Below the pieces are notes generated by a model. That model saw nothing but the letters and a program-made list of their open reading frames with translations, was not told the DNA's origin and ran no database searches. A DNA stretch of 64,000 nt. Origin: an uncultured Haloferula sp. GTDB lineage: Bacteria; Verrucomicrobiota; Verrucomicrobiia; Verrucomicrobiales; Akkermansiaceae. The stretch is taken from contig CBFGTS010000007.1 in NCBI GenBank assembly GCA_965652295.1, positions 96,001-160,000 of the forward strand, in the 5' to 3' direction. Both the position numbers and the translations under genes were made by a program. Below are positions 29,948 through 40,869 of this stretch, one piece after another. Position 1 is the stretch's first letter; the number at the start of each line of letters is the position of its first letter.

Positions 29948-32686
29948 TTATTGAAGTTGGATGACTTTCTCCAAACGTTCCTGAAGGGCTTCAAGCAGGC
30001 CTTCCTCGGTGGCTTGGCCACCGCCGGGCATGGTGACGTAGAGGGTGTCGAGTGCCGCGCCTTTCTCGGTGCAGATGCGGGCATGGACGGTATCGAGCCC
30101 GGACTCGTTGATCGCGTGGAAGAGGTCGTGGAGCAGACCGATCCGGTCGATCGCCTGGATTTCGACGATGGTGCTCTGAGGGTCGAGATCGTTGGAAACA
30201 TGGGCCCGCACCGGAAAGGCAATGCCACCCTCCTCGCGCGGACGCAGGAGGTTTCGCTTCGGCTTGAGATAGTCGCGTGAATTGAAATCCTCGCTTTTCA
30301 TCAGCTTGTAGAGGGTGCTGACGATCGATTCCCTGATCTTCGGGTCGGACACCGGTGCGAAGTCCACCGTGCAGACGCGGAAGATATCGACCACGATGCC
30401 ATCGGATCTCGTGTGGAAATCCGCGGACAGGATGTTCACTCCTTCCGAGGCGATCGCGCAGCAGACTTTTTCGAGGAACAGCGGTCGATCGCGCGAGACG
30501 ACGACCACCTCGGTGTAGCCGCGGTCGGCCCGGTCGAGGCCTTGGATGGCGCATTCGAAGGATCCATCGCTTTTCTCCTCCCGCTCCCTGAATTGGCGGA
30601 CGGCGCGAACATGGACAGGAATGGTCCGCGGACTGCGGAAACGGAAATAGCTCGTCGGCATCCGCTCGAAGTGTTCCTCGATCTCCTGCCTCCATTCGTC
30701 GCCCATGGTGTTGAGCGACTGCTCCTTGAGCGACTCGCGTTCGAGACGGATGATTTCGTTGAACCGGTCCTTGCCGTCGGTGAGGAAGCTGCGGGTCGAG
30801 GAATGGAGCTGACGGAGCAGCATTTCCTTCCAGCTCGTCCATGCGTCCGGGGAGGTGGCGTTCGAGTCGGCGTAGGTGAAAAGCAGGAGGGCATCGAGCC
30901 GTGCGGTGGTGCGCATCAGCCTGGCGAATTCGGCGACCACCGTCGGGTCTTCGATGTTGCGGCTGGTGCCGTAGCGCCAGAGCGTGAGGTGGTGGTCCAC
31001 CAGGAACATGATGAGCTGCCGCCGCGAACCGCGCACCTGGAGACGGTTGCATAGGCGCTGGGCGAGCATGGCGGAGCCGTCGATGTGCTCCCGGACGTTT
31101 TCCGAGCGGCCGGTGTCGTGGAGAAGGATGGCCAGGTAGAGGGCCACCGGGTCCTCGATGTCGATCAGCAGCTGGCGGTAGAGCTGGAGTTTCGGGTCGT
31201 CGCTATCGACCAGAGCGTCGATGGCTTCGATGAACCGGAGCGTGTGCTCATCGGCGGTGTAGCGGTGGAAGAACTCGTGCTGCACGAGGCAGTCGAGCGC
31301 GCCGAACTCCGGCAGGTAGCGGCCGAGGAAACCGACGCGGTGCATCTGGCGGAGCGTCCGGGCGACATCGCCCTTGCGGCTGAGGATGCCCTCGAAGACC
31401 TCACGGTTGAGCTTGTTGTAGCGGAACGGCCGGTCGATGTCCTCCCAGTGCTTTTTCACCAGCTTGCGCACCGGCGGGCTGAGCCGCAGGTTCCGCACCT
31501 GGCAGTGCTGGAAGAGCCGCATCAGCCGCTGGGGGTCTTCCTTGAAGATCTCACCGTTGGCCGGATAGATGCGGCCGTCGCGGGCGACGAATCCGTCGAA
31601 CTCCTCGCGCTTCTTTTTGCGAAAGGTGAGGAAACTCGCGAGACCGGTCTCGCGGTTGTCTTCCTCGATCTCGAAGATCTCCATCAACGAAGTCGTGTGC
31701 TGGTAGAGGTTGCGCGTGTGCCAGTAGTAGTCGCGCATGAAAGCCTCGGTGCGGCGGAGGATCGATCGCTGCGGATAGCCGAAATCGGTGGAGACGACAC
31801 CTTGAAGGCGTAGCGTGAGCTGGTCCGAGCCACGACCGGCCTGGTAGTGCAATTCGTTGCGGACGCGGTGGAGGAAATCGTAGGCCTCGTTGATTTCGCG
31901 CAGCGCGGAGCGGGTCAGAAGGCGGCCCTCGACCAGTTTGTCCAGGGAGTTCCAGCCGCGTTTGACTTTGATCACCCAGAGCATGTTCTGGTAGTCGCGC
32001 ATGCCGCCGCAGCCTTCCTTGACGTTCGGTTCCTGCAGGAAAACGGTGCGTGAGAATTTGCGATGGCGGCTGCGCAGGTCTTCGCGCCGGAGCTTGAAGA
32101 AGGCTTCCTGGCCGCGCTTGGTTTCAACGGCGAGGCGTTTCCGGAAGTCGGCGAAAAGGGAGCGGTCGCCGGCGACGCGGCGGGCGTCCATGAGGGCGGT
32201 CTTCACCTCCTGATCGAGCCGCGACTGCTGGATGCATTCGGCGGTGGAGCGGACGGCGTGGCCGACCTTGAAGCCGACGTCCCACAAGAGGTAGAGCACT
32301 TCGTGGACGACCTCTTCCAATTCCTTGGGCAGCTTGTGCGAGGCGCGGGGGACCAGGAAGAGAAGATCGACGTCCGAGCAGGGGTTGAGGGTGCTGCGAC
32401 CGTAGCCGCCAACGGCGACGAGCGAGAGGCTTGAGGCGAGATCGCGCTGCTTCAGAGCGCCGTGGAACACCGCGCGGAGCACGATATCGAGCAGCTCCGA
32501 ACGGGCGTTGGCGATTTCCAGACCGCCGGCACCGGCCTGGTGCCGGAGCTTGATCCGGTGTTCCTCGATTTTGAGGAATCGTTTGAAGACCTTGAGCCTC
32601 TCGCCCGCGGACAGGCGGCCTTCCTTGGCCGCCTTGAGGGCGGTTTTGGCGTGGTCGGCGAGGGTCTTGAGGTGTGGAGAAGCCAT
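29948..32686 (-). CDS. glnD: [PII] uridylyltransferase
   Basis: AVGGYGR..L.P.SDVD, EPNVKEGCGGMRD, HD domain, two ACT domains. Confidence 0.97.
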   Translation of the reverse strand: MASPHLKTLADHAKTALKAAKEGRLSAGERLKVFKRFLKIEEHRIKLRHQAGAGGLEIANARSELLDIVLRAVFHGALKQRDLASSLSLVAVGGYGRSTLNPCSDVDLLFLVPRASHKLPKELEEVVHEVLYLLWDVGFKVGHAVRSTAECIQQSRLDQEVKTALMDARRVAGDRSLFADFRKRLAVETKRGQEAFFKLRREDLRSRHRKFSRTVFLQEPNVKEGCGGMRDYQNMLWVIKVKRGWNSLDKLVEGRLLTRSALREINEAYDFLHRVRNELHYQAGRGSDQLTLRLQGVVSTDFGYPQRSILRRTEAFMRDYYWHTRNLYQHTTSLMEIFEIEEDNRETGLASFLTFRKKKREEFDGFVARDGRIYPANGEIFKEDPQRLMRLFQHCQVRNLRLSPPVRKLVKKHWEDIDRPFRYNKLNREVFEGILSRKGDVARTLRQMHRVGFLGRYLPEFGALDCLVQHEFFHRYTADEHTLRFIEAIDALVDSDDPKLQLYRQLLIDIEDPVALYLAILLHDTGRSENVREHIDGSAMLAQRLCNRLQVRGSRRQLIMFLVDHHLTLWRYGTSRNIEDPTVVAEFARLMRTTARLDALLLFTYADSNATSPDAWTSWKEMLLRQLHSSTRSFLTDGKDRFNEIIRLERESLKEQSLNTMGDEWRQEIEEHFERMPTSYFRFRSPRTIPVHVRAVRQFREREEKSDGSFECAIQGLDRADRGYTEVVVVSRDRPLFLEKVCCAIASEGVNILSADFHTRSDGIVVDIFRVCTVDFAPVSDPKIRESIVSTLYKLMKSEDFNSRDYLKPKRNLLRPREEGGIAFPVRAHVSNDLDPQSTIVEIQAIDRIGLLHDLFHAINESGLDTVHARICTEKGAALDTLYVTMPGGGQATEEGLLEALQERLEKVIQLQ

Positions 32687-32742
32687 GCGCGCCGGGAGGA
32701 TGGAGGGGGAACCTCCGGCGGTCTATCCCGGATTGCCGGGTC

Positions 32743-33600
32743 TCATGCACGGAGCTTCGAGTATCCCCGCAGGTAGCCGGCGCATTGGGCGATCTCGGGT
32801 AGGGAGGTCTTCCAATTGTGCTCGTACTCGATCGACACGTTGCCGGCGAAGCCGTGCTTGCGGACTTCGTCGAGAATGGCACCGAGTTCGACGATGCCGG
32901 TACCGAAAGGGCGGTCGTGGGTCCACTCGGTGATCGAGGCGCGGTCCTTCATGTGGAAAGCGTGGACGCGCGGGGCGATCGAGCGAATGACCTCGAGCGG
33001 GTCGAGGCCGGAAGTCGCCCAGTGGCCGAGGTCGGCGCAGAAGCCGAGCCGTTCGTCGCGCCCCTCAAGGGCTTTGGAGACGGTTTCCGGATTCCACAGG
33101 GCGGTGGGCTTCGGGTGGTTGTGGAAGCAGACCTTGAGGTCGAATTCCTTGGCTAGCTTCTCCAACAGATCGAGCGAACCGAGGGCTTCGGTGGTGATGC
33201 CGTAGAGTCCGAGCTGCTTGGCGAAGGTGAAGATCTGACGCGCTTTGGCTTCGTCGTTCGGCACGTCGGTCACGCCGAAATTCACCGGGGTGATGCCATG
33301 GTCGGAGCAGTGCTTGAGGACGGCGGGAACCTGCTCGGAAGCCTTCGAGGGATCGAGCCCGGCATCACCGAAGTCGCCGCCGATTTTCTGCCCGGGGAAG
33401 AGCTCGACGGCCGTGGCGCCCGCCGCCGCCGCCATTTCGATGGCTTCGAAAAGCGTGAATTCCTTGAAGGACCAGCACTGGACGGAGATCGCGAAGTCGG
33501 CGTCCGTGGCGGCTTTCTTCGGAATCGGGGCGGCTCCGGAGCGGGCGGCGAGGGCGAGGGACGTGGCGGGCAGGAGCTTCAAGGCGTTACGGCGTTTCAT
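32743..33600 (-). CDS. Tat-exported sugar phosphate isomerase/epimerase (TIM barrel)
   Basis: MKRRNAL Tat motif; HNH, DLGH, HMKD, SIEYE. Confidence 0.88.
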   Translation of the reverse strand: MKRRNALKLLPATSLALAARSGAAPIPKKAATDADFAISVQCWSFKEFTLFEAIEMAAAAGATAVELFPGQKIGGDFGDAGLDPSKASEQVPAVLKHCSDHGITPVNFGVTDVPNDEAKARQIFTFAKQLGLYGITTEALGSLDLLEKLAKEFDLKVCFHNHPKPTALWNPETVSKALEGRDERLGFCADLGHWATSGLDPLEVIRSIAPRVHAFHMKDRASITEWTHDRPFGTGIVELGAILDEVRKHGFAGNVSIEYEHNWKTSLPEIAQCAGYLRGYSKLRA

Positions 33601-33669
33601 GGGAATGGACAGGATTCGTGTGGATACGGTGACTTGATCGGAATCTCGCGGGGAAGTGGAAAATCCTCT

Positions 33670-34632
33670 TCATTGCGCCGCCCGCGGCACCCGCAACAGT
33701 CGGTCGGAGGAAGTGAGGTAGATGTGAGACGGGGAGAGGGCGACGTTGGCAGTGGGTCGGGTGCAGAGGATTCTGCCGAGCAGTTTTCCGGAAGGGGAGA
33801 TCACCAGGAGTCCGCCGGGGCCGGTGGCGAAAACGGTGCCGTCGGCTGCGGTTTTCAGCCCGTCCGGTGCGCCGGGCCCCTTCAGCCCACTGGCATCGAA
33901 GAAGACGCGACTCGGCCCGAGTCCGCCGTTCTTAAGCACAGGGAAGCTGAAGATGGTGGGTTGGCGGCCGCTGGATTGGGCGACATAGAGGGTCTTCTGG
34001 TCGGGAGAGAAGGCGATTCCATTGGGCCATTCGATCTCCCGGGTGAGCAGGGTGGTCTTTCCCTCGGGATCGATCCGATAGACCCCGCAGAAATCGAGTT
34101 CGCGGAAGGGATCATTCGCACCCTTCGGCAGGCCGTACGGGGGATCGGTGAAATAGATCGAGCCATCGGCATGCAGCGCGAGGTCGTTGGGGGAATTGAG
34201 CCGTTTTTCTTCGAAGCGGTCGGCGAGCGTGAGTTTGCCGCCGCCCGGCTTGAGAATGGAGACGCGGCGGTCGCCATGTTCGCAGCAGAGCAGATGACCG
34301 GAGGCATTGATAGCCAGGCCGTTCGAGCCCGGCTCGCGACCGCTGAAGTCGAGTCCGGTGAAGCCGGCTGGCTTCATGAAAACGGTGCAGCTCTGGTCGG
34401 TGGCGCTCCAAGCGTGGATGACATTGCCGGGAATGTCGGAAAAGAGGAGCCGTTGATTGTCCTCGTCCCAGACCGGGCCTTCCGTCCAGGTGAAACCGGT
34501 GGCGAGGGTCTCGATCTTCGCGGCCGGGGGAATGAGGTCATCGAACGCGGGATCGATCCGCTCGATCGATTCGGGCCCGCCGAGGAGCACGGAAGGAAGG
34601 AGGGCGAGAAGGAGGGTCGACCGGGATGTCAT
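33670..34632 (-). CDS. SMP-30/gluconolactonase family protein
   Basis: WTEGPVW, NSPND, PNGIAFSPD, PDGL. Confidence 0.92.
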   Translation of the reverse strand: MTSRSTLLLALLPSVLLGGPESIERIDPAFDDLIPPAAKIETLATGFTWTEGPVWDEDNQRLLFSDIPGNVIHAWSATDQSCTVFMKPAGFTGLDFSGREPGSNGLAINASGHLLCCEHGDRRVSILKPGGGKLTLADRFEEKRLNSPNDLALHADGSIYFTDPPYGLPKGANDPFRELDFCGVYRIDPEGKTTLLTREIEWPNGIAFSPDQKTLYVAQSSGRQPTIFSFPVLKNGGLGPSRVFFDASGLKGPGAPDGLKTAADGTVFATGPGGLLVISPSGKLLGRILCTRPTANVALSPSHIYLTSSDRLLRVPRAAQ

Positions 34633-34696
34633 GAGGTGAGGCTCGGCTGGACGGGACGCGATGTCCATTTGCAAACGGTCCCAGCCGGAGCCTCTT

Positions 34697-35938
34697 TCAG
34701 AAATAGCAGCGGGTACCCAGCCAGTAGGTGACACCGTCGTAAACGCGTTTGGAATCGGAGCGGATCAGATCCCACTCGACCCCGCCCATGAACTTGAGTT
34801 GGTGGCCGCAGGGGAGCCAATTGAGGCCGAGGTAGAGCCCATGTTGCTCGTCGCCGCGGATGGCGGGAGTCGGGGTGACCTCCTGAGAGACGGCGACGGG
34901 GATGTAGCGGCTGTAGGGCGTGATCGCCTGGGGTTGGCGGGAGCCTTGGTAGTGGTAGCGACCGACGATCTCGAGACGGTCCTCGATGAGCCATCGTTCG
35001 ACGGTGCCGACCGCGCCCCAGACGCGCCCGTCGCGGCGGGGGTTGGCGGCGTCGGCTTCGCCGAAGAGGACGTTTCCCCGGAAAGTCCACGGGCCTTCTT
35101 CGATGATTGTCCAGGCGGAGGCCATCCAGTTGAGGTTTCCGCTGAGGGCGTCGTCGCGGGCGTCGGTGTGGTTGGAGTAAAACGCCAGCGCGGCGAGGGC
35201 GGAGTCGCTGCCGGTGAGGGCGGAGATATCGCGCTGGATCTGGAGGATCCAGGCGGTGCCGTCGTCCCAATTTCCCCAGTAGGCAGCGGTATCGGTGGAG
35301 TAGAGGCCGGCGAAGGATTCCCAGCGGCCGGTTTGATGCCGCAGCCAAACACCGAGGGGGGCGGAGCCTTGCGAGGTGGTGATGAGGGCGCGGTTGCTGA
35401 CGGCGGAGCGCTCGACGACGGGCAGGAACTTGGAGGAATCCAGGACTTCCTCGGCGAGGGGCAGGCAGCGTTTTCCGTAGCCGACCCACCAGGAGCCGCC
35501 GCCGATGCCCGGGAAGGTTTTGTCGAGCTGCCACTCGGCATAGCAGGCCCAGTTCGCGAGATAGCTGAGATCGCGATCGCCGCCGCGAGGGCGTTGGTCG
35601 TCCTCAAGCATCATTTCGTGGTGAAGGGTGAGCGCGCCGTCCGCCAGCGTGGCGCGCAAGCCCGGCCAGAAGCGGCGGATCTCGCCGCGGCTGGCATACC
35701 AGAAATCACGGCCGGCAGCCTCGCCATCAATCCACGCATATTGGTAATGGAAGCGGGCGAAGATGGTGAGGCTCTGGAGAAACGGGTGGGCTGGGTCCTG
35801 GAAGAGCGTGCCGGAAGGAATCCAGTTGCAGTCATGATCGGGTGAAGCGGCCGTGGGCAGGGCGCACTCCTGGGCCGACGCGGCGGTGACGATCACCCAC
35901 AGGCACCCACCCAGCCAGCAGCCTTTGCTTCGTTTCAT
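34697..35938 (-). CDS. Outer-membrane porin (OprO/P-like)
   Basis: Signal peptide, EIRRF, ERS motif, amphipathic strands, C-terminal Phe. Confidence 0.7.
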   Translation of the reverse strand: MKRSKGCWLGGCLWVIVTAASAQECALPTAASPDHDCNWIPSGTLFQDPAHPFLQSLTIFARFHYQYAWIDGEAAGRDFWYASRGEIRRFWPGLRATLADGALTLHHEMMLEDDQRPRGGDRDLSYLANWACYAEWQLDKTFPGIGGGSWWVGYGKRCLPLAEEVLDSSKFLPVVERSAVSNRALITTSQGSAPLGVWLRHQTGRWESFAGLYSTDTAAYWGNWDDGTAWILQIQRDISALTGSDSALAALAFYSNHTDARDDALSGNLNWMASAWTIIEEGPWTFRGNVLFGEADAANPRRDGRVWGAVGTVERWLIEDRLEIVGRYHYQGSRQPQAITPYSRYIPVAVSQEVTPTPAIRGDEQHGLYLGLNWLPCGHQLKFMGGVEWDLIRSDSKRVYDGVTYWLGTRCYF

Positions 35939-36169
35939 TTCGTGCGCGGCATAGGCAGATCGGCCGGTTTTTCGCCATGGCGGAGCAAAGGAGGCCGACA
36001 AGTTCGCCTGATCTGCGAAGGGGCTGATGTACGGCATGCATCGTTTTTCGGTGCGTGAAACAACCCGCGCGTGGGAAATGCGAAGAGACGAAGAGCGGAG
36101 GGACGCAATGTGGGCAAGGCTCGACGGCAGTGCGGGCGGGGAATAGGTTCCGGCCGCTAGAAAGCTGTT

Positions 36170-37777
36170 ATGAATTCGATCGAGGTTCTATTCGGGAACC
36201 CGCTTTTCGCGCTGTTCATCGTTATTGGTGCAGGCCTCTTGCTGGGTTCGATCAAGATCAAGGGCTTGAGCCTCGGTAGCTCCGGTGTCTTGTTCACCGG
36301 CCTGCTGTGCGGGCATCTGGGGTTCACTCTGCCGGACATCGTCGGGACCATCGGGCTGGTGCTTTTCGTTTACTGCGTGGGCATTTCCGCCGGCAGTCGG
36401 TTTTTCGGAGCGTTGGCCCGGGAGGGTGCGACGCTAGCCAAGCTGGGCATCCTGATCGTCGGCATCGGTGCGGCCATCACCTGGGCATGCCACCAGTGGA
36501 TGGGAATTCCCCGGGACCTGGCGGTGGGGATTTTCGCCGGAGCGATGACCAGCACGCCGGCGCTGGCGGCGGGGACGGAAGGACTCGGCGAGGCGGGCTC
36601 GAACGTGATCATCGGCTATGGCATCGCATATCCTTTCGGCGTGATCGGTGTGGTGCTCTTCGTGCAACTGATGCCGCGCCTGCTGCGACAGGATCTGGAC
36701 AAGGAGGCGGAGGAATATGCGGCGGAGAGCTCGCAGTATGACGCCGTGTTGACCGCGTTGGTGGAGGTGAGAAATCCGAACCTCTATGGAAGATCGATCT
36801 CGGAGGTGGTGAGCGGGTCGCTGGGGGCGGTGCAGATTTCCCGCAAGCTGGAAGGGGAGAGGCTGACGCCGCTGAAGTATGATGACGTGTTTGCTGAGGG
36901 GCAGCACCTGTTCCTCGTGGGGCGTCAGAAGGACATGGAGCTGGCGATTGGATTCCTGGGAGTGAAGAGCGATCGCGCATTCATCAAGGACGTGGAGAAT
37001 CAACAGCGCAGGTTGGTGGTGACCGAGGCCTCGATCGTGGGTCTGGAAATGCAGCAGCTCGCACCGTTGCGGGAGTATGGGGTGATGATCAGTCGAGTGA
37101 CGCGGATGGACGTAACCTTCGTGCCGACGCCGGACACGCGGATCGAGCGACGGGATATTTTCACGACGGTGGGTAACCCCGAGGATCTGGACCGCTTTGC
37201 GAAGGCGATCGGGCATCGCTCCCAGGCTTTCGATGAAACCGACCTGCTTTCGCTTTCGATCGGGATCTCGCTGGGAGTCGTGGCGGGGATGATTCCGCTG
37301 GCGCTGCCGGGTAGCGAGGGCATCACGCTGGGGATGGCGGGCGGGCCGTTGTTCGTGGCTCTGGTGCTGGGCCACGTCGGTAAGATCGGTCGGGTGGTGG
37401 GGCACATCCCACGGCCGACGCGGCAGCTTTTGCAGGAGCTGGGCCTGGTGTTTTTCCTGGCGAATGCCGGGGTGAAAGGCGGAGCGGCGATGATCGAGAC
37501 CTTGAGGGAATATGGACCGGTGCTGTTCCTGGCGGGGGTGTTGATCACGCTCACGCCGATGGTGTTGACGTATCTATTCGCGGGCCGGCTTTTCAAGCTG
37601 AACAACCTCCAGATGCTGGGCGGAATCTGTGGGGGGATGACGTCCACTCCTGCGTTGGGGGCGATCACGGCGCGGACGGATTCGCAGCTGCCGGTGCTGA
37701 GCTACGCGACGGCGTATCCGGTGGCGCTGATCGTGATGACGATTTTCGCGAAGCTGCTGATCGCGGTGATGGGGTGA
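36170..37777 (+). CDS. AspT/YidE/YbjL antiporter family transporter
   Basis: Duplicated GAMTSTPAL / GGMTSTPAL domains around TrkA-C domains. Confidence 0.93.
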   Translation: MNSIEVLFGNPLFALFIVIGAGLLLGSIKIKGLSLGSSGVLFTGLLCGHLGFTLPDIVGTIGLVLFVYCVGISAGSRFFGALAREGATLAKLGILIVGIGAAITWACHQWMGIPRDLAVGIFAGAMTSTPALAAGTEGLGEAGSNVIIGYGIAYPFGVIGVVLFVQLMPRLLRQDLDKEAEEYAAESSQYDAVLTALVEVRNPNLYGRSISEVVSGSLGAVQISRKLEGERLTPLKYDDVFAEGQHLFLVGRQKDMELAIGFLGVKSDRAFIKDVENQQRRLVVTEASIVGLEMQQLAPLREYGVMISRVTRMDVTFVPTPDTRIERRDIFTTVGNPEDLDRFAKAIGHRSQAFDETDLLSLSIGISLGVVAGMIPLALPGSEGITLGMAGGPLFVALVLGHVGKIGRVVGHIPRPTRQLLQELGLVFFLANAGVKGGAAMIETLREYGPVLFLAGVLITLTPMVLTYLFAGRLFKLNNLQMLGGICGGMTSTPALGAITARTDSQLPVLSYATAYPVALIVMTIFAKLLIAVMG

Positions 37778-37789
37778 TCGAGGCGCTAT

Positions 37790-37913
37790 GGAGTGCTCCG
37801 GCATGACGGAGCTTTGAGGGGAGTTGTCTCGCAGCCGCCATGTCGGCTCCGGGATGACGGTCACGAGCGATGTGGACCTCGTCGGTGAAAGCTCCGACAT
37901 GTCGGAGCAGTCC
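37790..37913. repeat. Inverted REP-like doublet between convergent genes
   Basis: GGAGTGCTCCGGCATGACGGAGCTTT (37790-37815) and inverted copy at 37888-37913 with 3 mismatches. Confidence 0.75.
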
Positions 37914-37935
37914 GAAGGAAGAGACGCCGGATTCG

Positions 37936-39336
37936 TCAGTGCCGCTTGAGTTTGCCGGAGGCGGTCAGGGGAAGCTGATCCACGAAGATGTAACGAAGCG
38001 GCACCTTGTAGGCACTGAGGTGGAGACGGCAGTGCCTTTGGAGTTCGACGGCCTTGGGTGGGTCGGCGGGATCGGTGGGAATGATGTCGGCGACGGCGAT
38101 CTGGCCCATGTGGGGGTGGTCTTTTCCGGAAACAAGGCTGCGACGGACGCCGGGGTGGTCGTTGAGGCAGGCTTCGACTTCTTCGGGGAAAAGCTTCATG
38201 CCGGCGACGTTGATGACGGACTTGTTACGACCGACGAGGGTGAGGTGGCCATCGGGATCACGCACGACGAGATCGCCGCTGGCGAAGAAGCCGTCCTTGA
38301 GCGGGGAAGGATTCCACGGGACGAGGTAGGCGTCGAGGATGCCGGGACCGCGGACGTGGAATTCGCCGGGGGTGTCGTCGGGAACCTCGCGGCCGGAGTC
38401 GTCGAGGAGGCGGACATGGTAGTCGGGCAGCGGCTTCCCGAGCGAGGTCGGCTTCTCAGCAGGGGCATCGAGATTGAGAACCGAGAGGCCGACTTCAATG
38501 ATGCCGAGCCCTTGGACGATGGATTGGTCGAAACGCTGCCGAAAGGCGCGGGCGGTGGCCTCGGGCAGGGCGGCGGCGGTGGCGACGGGGAGTCGCAGGC
38601 TGGGCCAGCGGAAGCTGCCGGGATCGGCGGCGAGGAGCGCGAAGTGGAACGGGGAACCGTAGATGACGGTGGCGTGGTGCTTCTCCGCGGTGGCGAGGAT
38701 GGCCTCGCGGGTGGGGGAGGACTCGAGGATGGTGACGGCACCGACGTGGAGATAGAGGACGATGCTGACGGCGAAGTGATGGGCCATCGGCAGCATCCAG
38801 AGGATGCGGTCGTCTTGCGTGAGCTGGAGTCCGCGGTTGGCGGCGGTGATGCGGGCGAGGAGGGTTTCGTGGGAAAGGACGACCCCCTTCGACGTGCCGG
38901 TGGTGCCGGAGGAAAAGCGGATGAAGGCGGGGTTGAGGGCCTGGAAGTCCTTTTCAGGAAAAGAAGGTGTCGAGGAGGCGACGGGCTCCAGCGTGTGGCG
39001 GGTGCCGGTTTCATAGCCGGCGCTCCTGACGATGAAATCGAGGGCGGTGGTGCGGGTGATCTGATCGCGCTCGTCGGCGGTGAGCTCTTCGGCGAGGGGG
39101 ACGAGGCAGGCTCCGGCGAGGAGGATGCCCATGGAGAGGATGATGTAGTCGACGCCGTTCGGGCAGTGAAGGCCGACGCGGGGGCGGCGGCCGAGTTTTT
39201 CCGCGGCGGCGCCGATTTCAGCGGCGATGGGTGCCGCGGAGCTACGAAGCTCGCCGTAGGTGACGCGCCGCTCGCCGGAGATGATGGCGAGGGCGTCGGC
39301 GGGGTGGCGATCGAGGATGTCGGCGATGAGGTTCAT
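37936..39336 (-). CDS. Adenylate-forming acyl-CoA/acyl-ACP ligase
   Basis: FSSGTTGTSKG, SGD, GR, PEEVE, LPLTASGK. Confidence 0.92.
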   Translation of the reverse strand: MNLIADILDRHPADALAIISGERRVTYGELRSSAAPIAAEIGAAAEKLGRRPRVGLHCPNGVDYIILSMGILLAGACLVPLAEELTADERDQITRTTALDFIVRSAGYETGTRHTLEPVASSTPSFPEKDFQALNPAFIRFSSGTTGTSKGVVLSHETLLARITAANRGLQLTQDDRILWMLPMAHHFAVSIVLYLHVGAVTILESSPTREAILATAEKHHATVIYGSPFHFALLAADPGSFRWPSLRLPVATAAALPEATARAFRQRFDQSIVQGLGIIEVGLSVLNLDAPAEKPTSLGKPLPDYHVRLLDDSGREVPDDTPGEFHVRGPGILDAYLVPWNPSPLKDGFFASGDLVVRDPDGHLTLVGRNKSVINVAGMKLFPEEVEACLNDHPGVRRSLVSGKDHPHMGQIAVADIIPTDPADPPKAVELQRHCRLHLSAYKVPLRYIFVDQLPLTASGKLKRH

Positions 39337-39350
39337 GCGAGACAGGCGGG

Positions 39351-40643
39351 CTAAGGCTCGCGGTCCGATTGGAGGTCTGCGAGGAGCGTGGACTCTAGCA
39401 TGAGGAGGTCGTGCTCGCTGAGGCTGCCCTCGCGCCACGAGAGGGTGGCGGTGAGTTGGTCGTCGAACTCGGAAAAGAAGATGCCGACCCCGGGCGGAGC
39501 CGAAACGGTGGGGATATGGCAGGCGTGGGTGATCGTGCGGCCGAGCAGGGTGCGGGTGCGGGCGGGGAACGTGCCGGTATGGGAATGGAAGAGGGAGCAG
39601 ATCTCACCCTTGAGATAGAAGGAAGCAGGCTTGAGGTAGAGGCGCGAGGGGCAGCGGTGCATGAGCACCATCAGGGCCTCCATGGCGGGGGGCAGCTTGC
39701 GGCGCATGAAGGAGGCGTACTTTCTGTAGAGCGCTTTGGTGGCTCCGGGGAGGTCGGCGAGCTCCTCGTGGGTGAGCAGCAGCGACCAGGCGGTCATGTG
39801 GTTTTGGAAGAGGGGGCGCTTGTGCGCGTGGGTGACGCGTTGGACGGGGAGGGAAAGAAGAATCGCGGTGGGCTCCTCAGGGTGGCGGGAGGCGATGAGA
39901 GCCTTGACGGCGCGGGCGGCGGCGGCGGCGAAGTACGGCAGAAGGAGTAGTTCGCCGGCGGTGGTGGCCATCTTCTGGCGGATGGCGGTGGTTTCCCCAC
40001 GGGTGAAACGGATGATCTTGAAAGCGGGATCGCCCGCATGACGGGCTTCGTGAGCGGAGCGGATGCGCCAGGCGGGGAAGGTGCGCATTTCCTCGACGAT
40101 GGGTTTGGCGGTTTTCCAAGCATCGGCGGGCGGTGGCGTCTTCGCCGTTTCGCCCCAGGCTTCGGTGGGGTTCGTGGCGGTGGAATCGAGTTGGTCGAGG
40201 AGCAGGTCGATGCCGACGGCGTCGAACAGGACGTGCGGCCAGATGAGAACGAGGGCGGCGGAGCCATCCGCCCGGGCGACGAGGTGAAGTTCGAGATTGG
40301 GGCCGGGCTGGAAGACGTCGATGACGCTCTGGCTGAGGAGTCGTGCGACAAGAAGGGTGAGATCGGCGCTGTCCGACGAGTGATGGGAGACGGGGACGGC
40401 GGAGGTTTCCCCCGGATGCCACGCGGCGAGAAAGGTGGGGAAGTGGCGGCGGACGTGGGCGTGGAGCAGCGGGTGACGGTGGCCGAGGGCCGCGGCGGCG
40501 TGTTCGAGCGTGCCGGGCGCGGGTGGTCCGTCGAGCTCGATGACCGAGGCGGCGAGGTGGCGTCCCTGGCCGGTGCGCCGCATGAGGGATTCGAGGGCGA
40601 GTAGAAAGCCGTCGCTGGTGGTGGTGGGGACCAAGTCGATCAA
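39351..40643 (-). CDS. Stand-alone condensation-domain/CoA-dependent acyltransferase
   Basis: RHPLL and PHVLFDAVG (HxxxD) motifs; lies between ACP and ligase. Confidence 0.7.
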   Translation of the reverse strand: MIDLVPTTTSDGFLLALESLMRRTGQGRHLAASVIELDGPPAPGTLEHAAAALGHRHPLLHAHVRRHFPTFLAAWHPGETSAVPVSHHSSDSADLTLLVARLLSQSVIDVFQPGPNLELHLVARADGSAALVLIWPHVLFDAVGIDLLLDQLDSTATNPTEAWGETAKTPPPADAWKTAKPIVEEMRTFPAWRIRSAHEARHAGDPAFKIIRFTRGETTAIRQKMATTAGELLLLPYFAAAAARAVKALIASRHPEEPTAILLSLPVQRVTHAHKRPLFQNHMTAWSLLLTHEELADLPGATKALYRKYASFMRRKLPPAMEALMVLMHRCPSRLYLKPASFYLKGEICSLFHSHTGTFPARTRTLLGRTITHACHIPTVSAPPGVGIFFSEFDDQLTATLSWREGSLSEHDLLMLESTLLADLQSDREP

Positions 40644-40867
40644 GCTTTGGATTTCAGAAGCGCGGCGATGGTTTCCACGGTCTGGAAGTGATCGCGGGAA
40701 AGATCGGTGGGTTCGAGAACGATGCCGAAGGCTTCCTCGATGGCGAGGACGAGCTGCATGATGCCCATGGAGTCGAGGCCGGCCTCGAAGAGATCAGTGC
40801 GGGCGTCGGCGACGGCGTCGGGTTCGAGGATCTGGTCGCGGAGGATTTCGAGAAGTCGGGCTTCCAT
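40640..40867 (-). CDS. Acyl/peptidyl carrier protein
   Basis: DLFEAGLDSMG phosphopantetheine site; 75 aa, acidic. Confidence 0.92.
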   Translation of the reverse strand: MEARLLEILRDQILEPDAVADARTDLFEAGLDSMGIMQLVLAIEEAFGIVLEPTDLSRDHFQTVETIAALLKSKA

Positions 40868-40869
40868 GG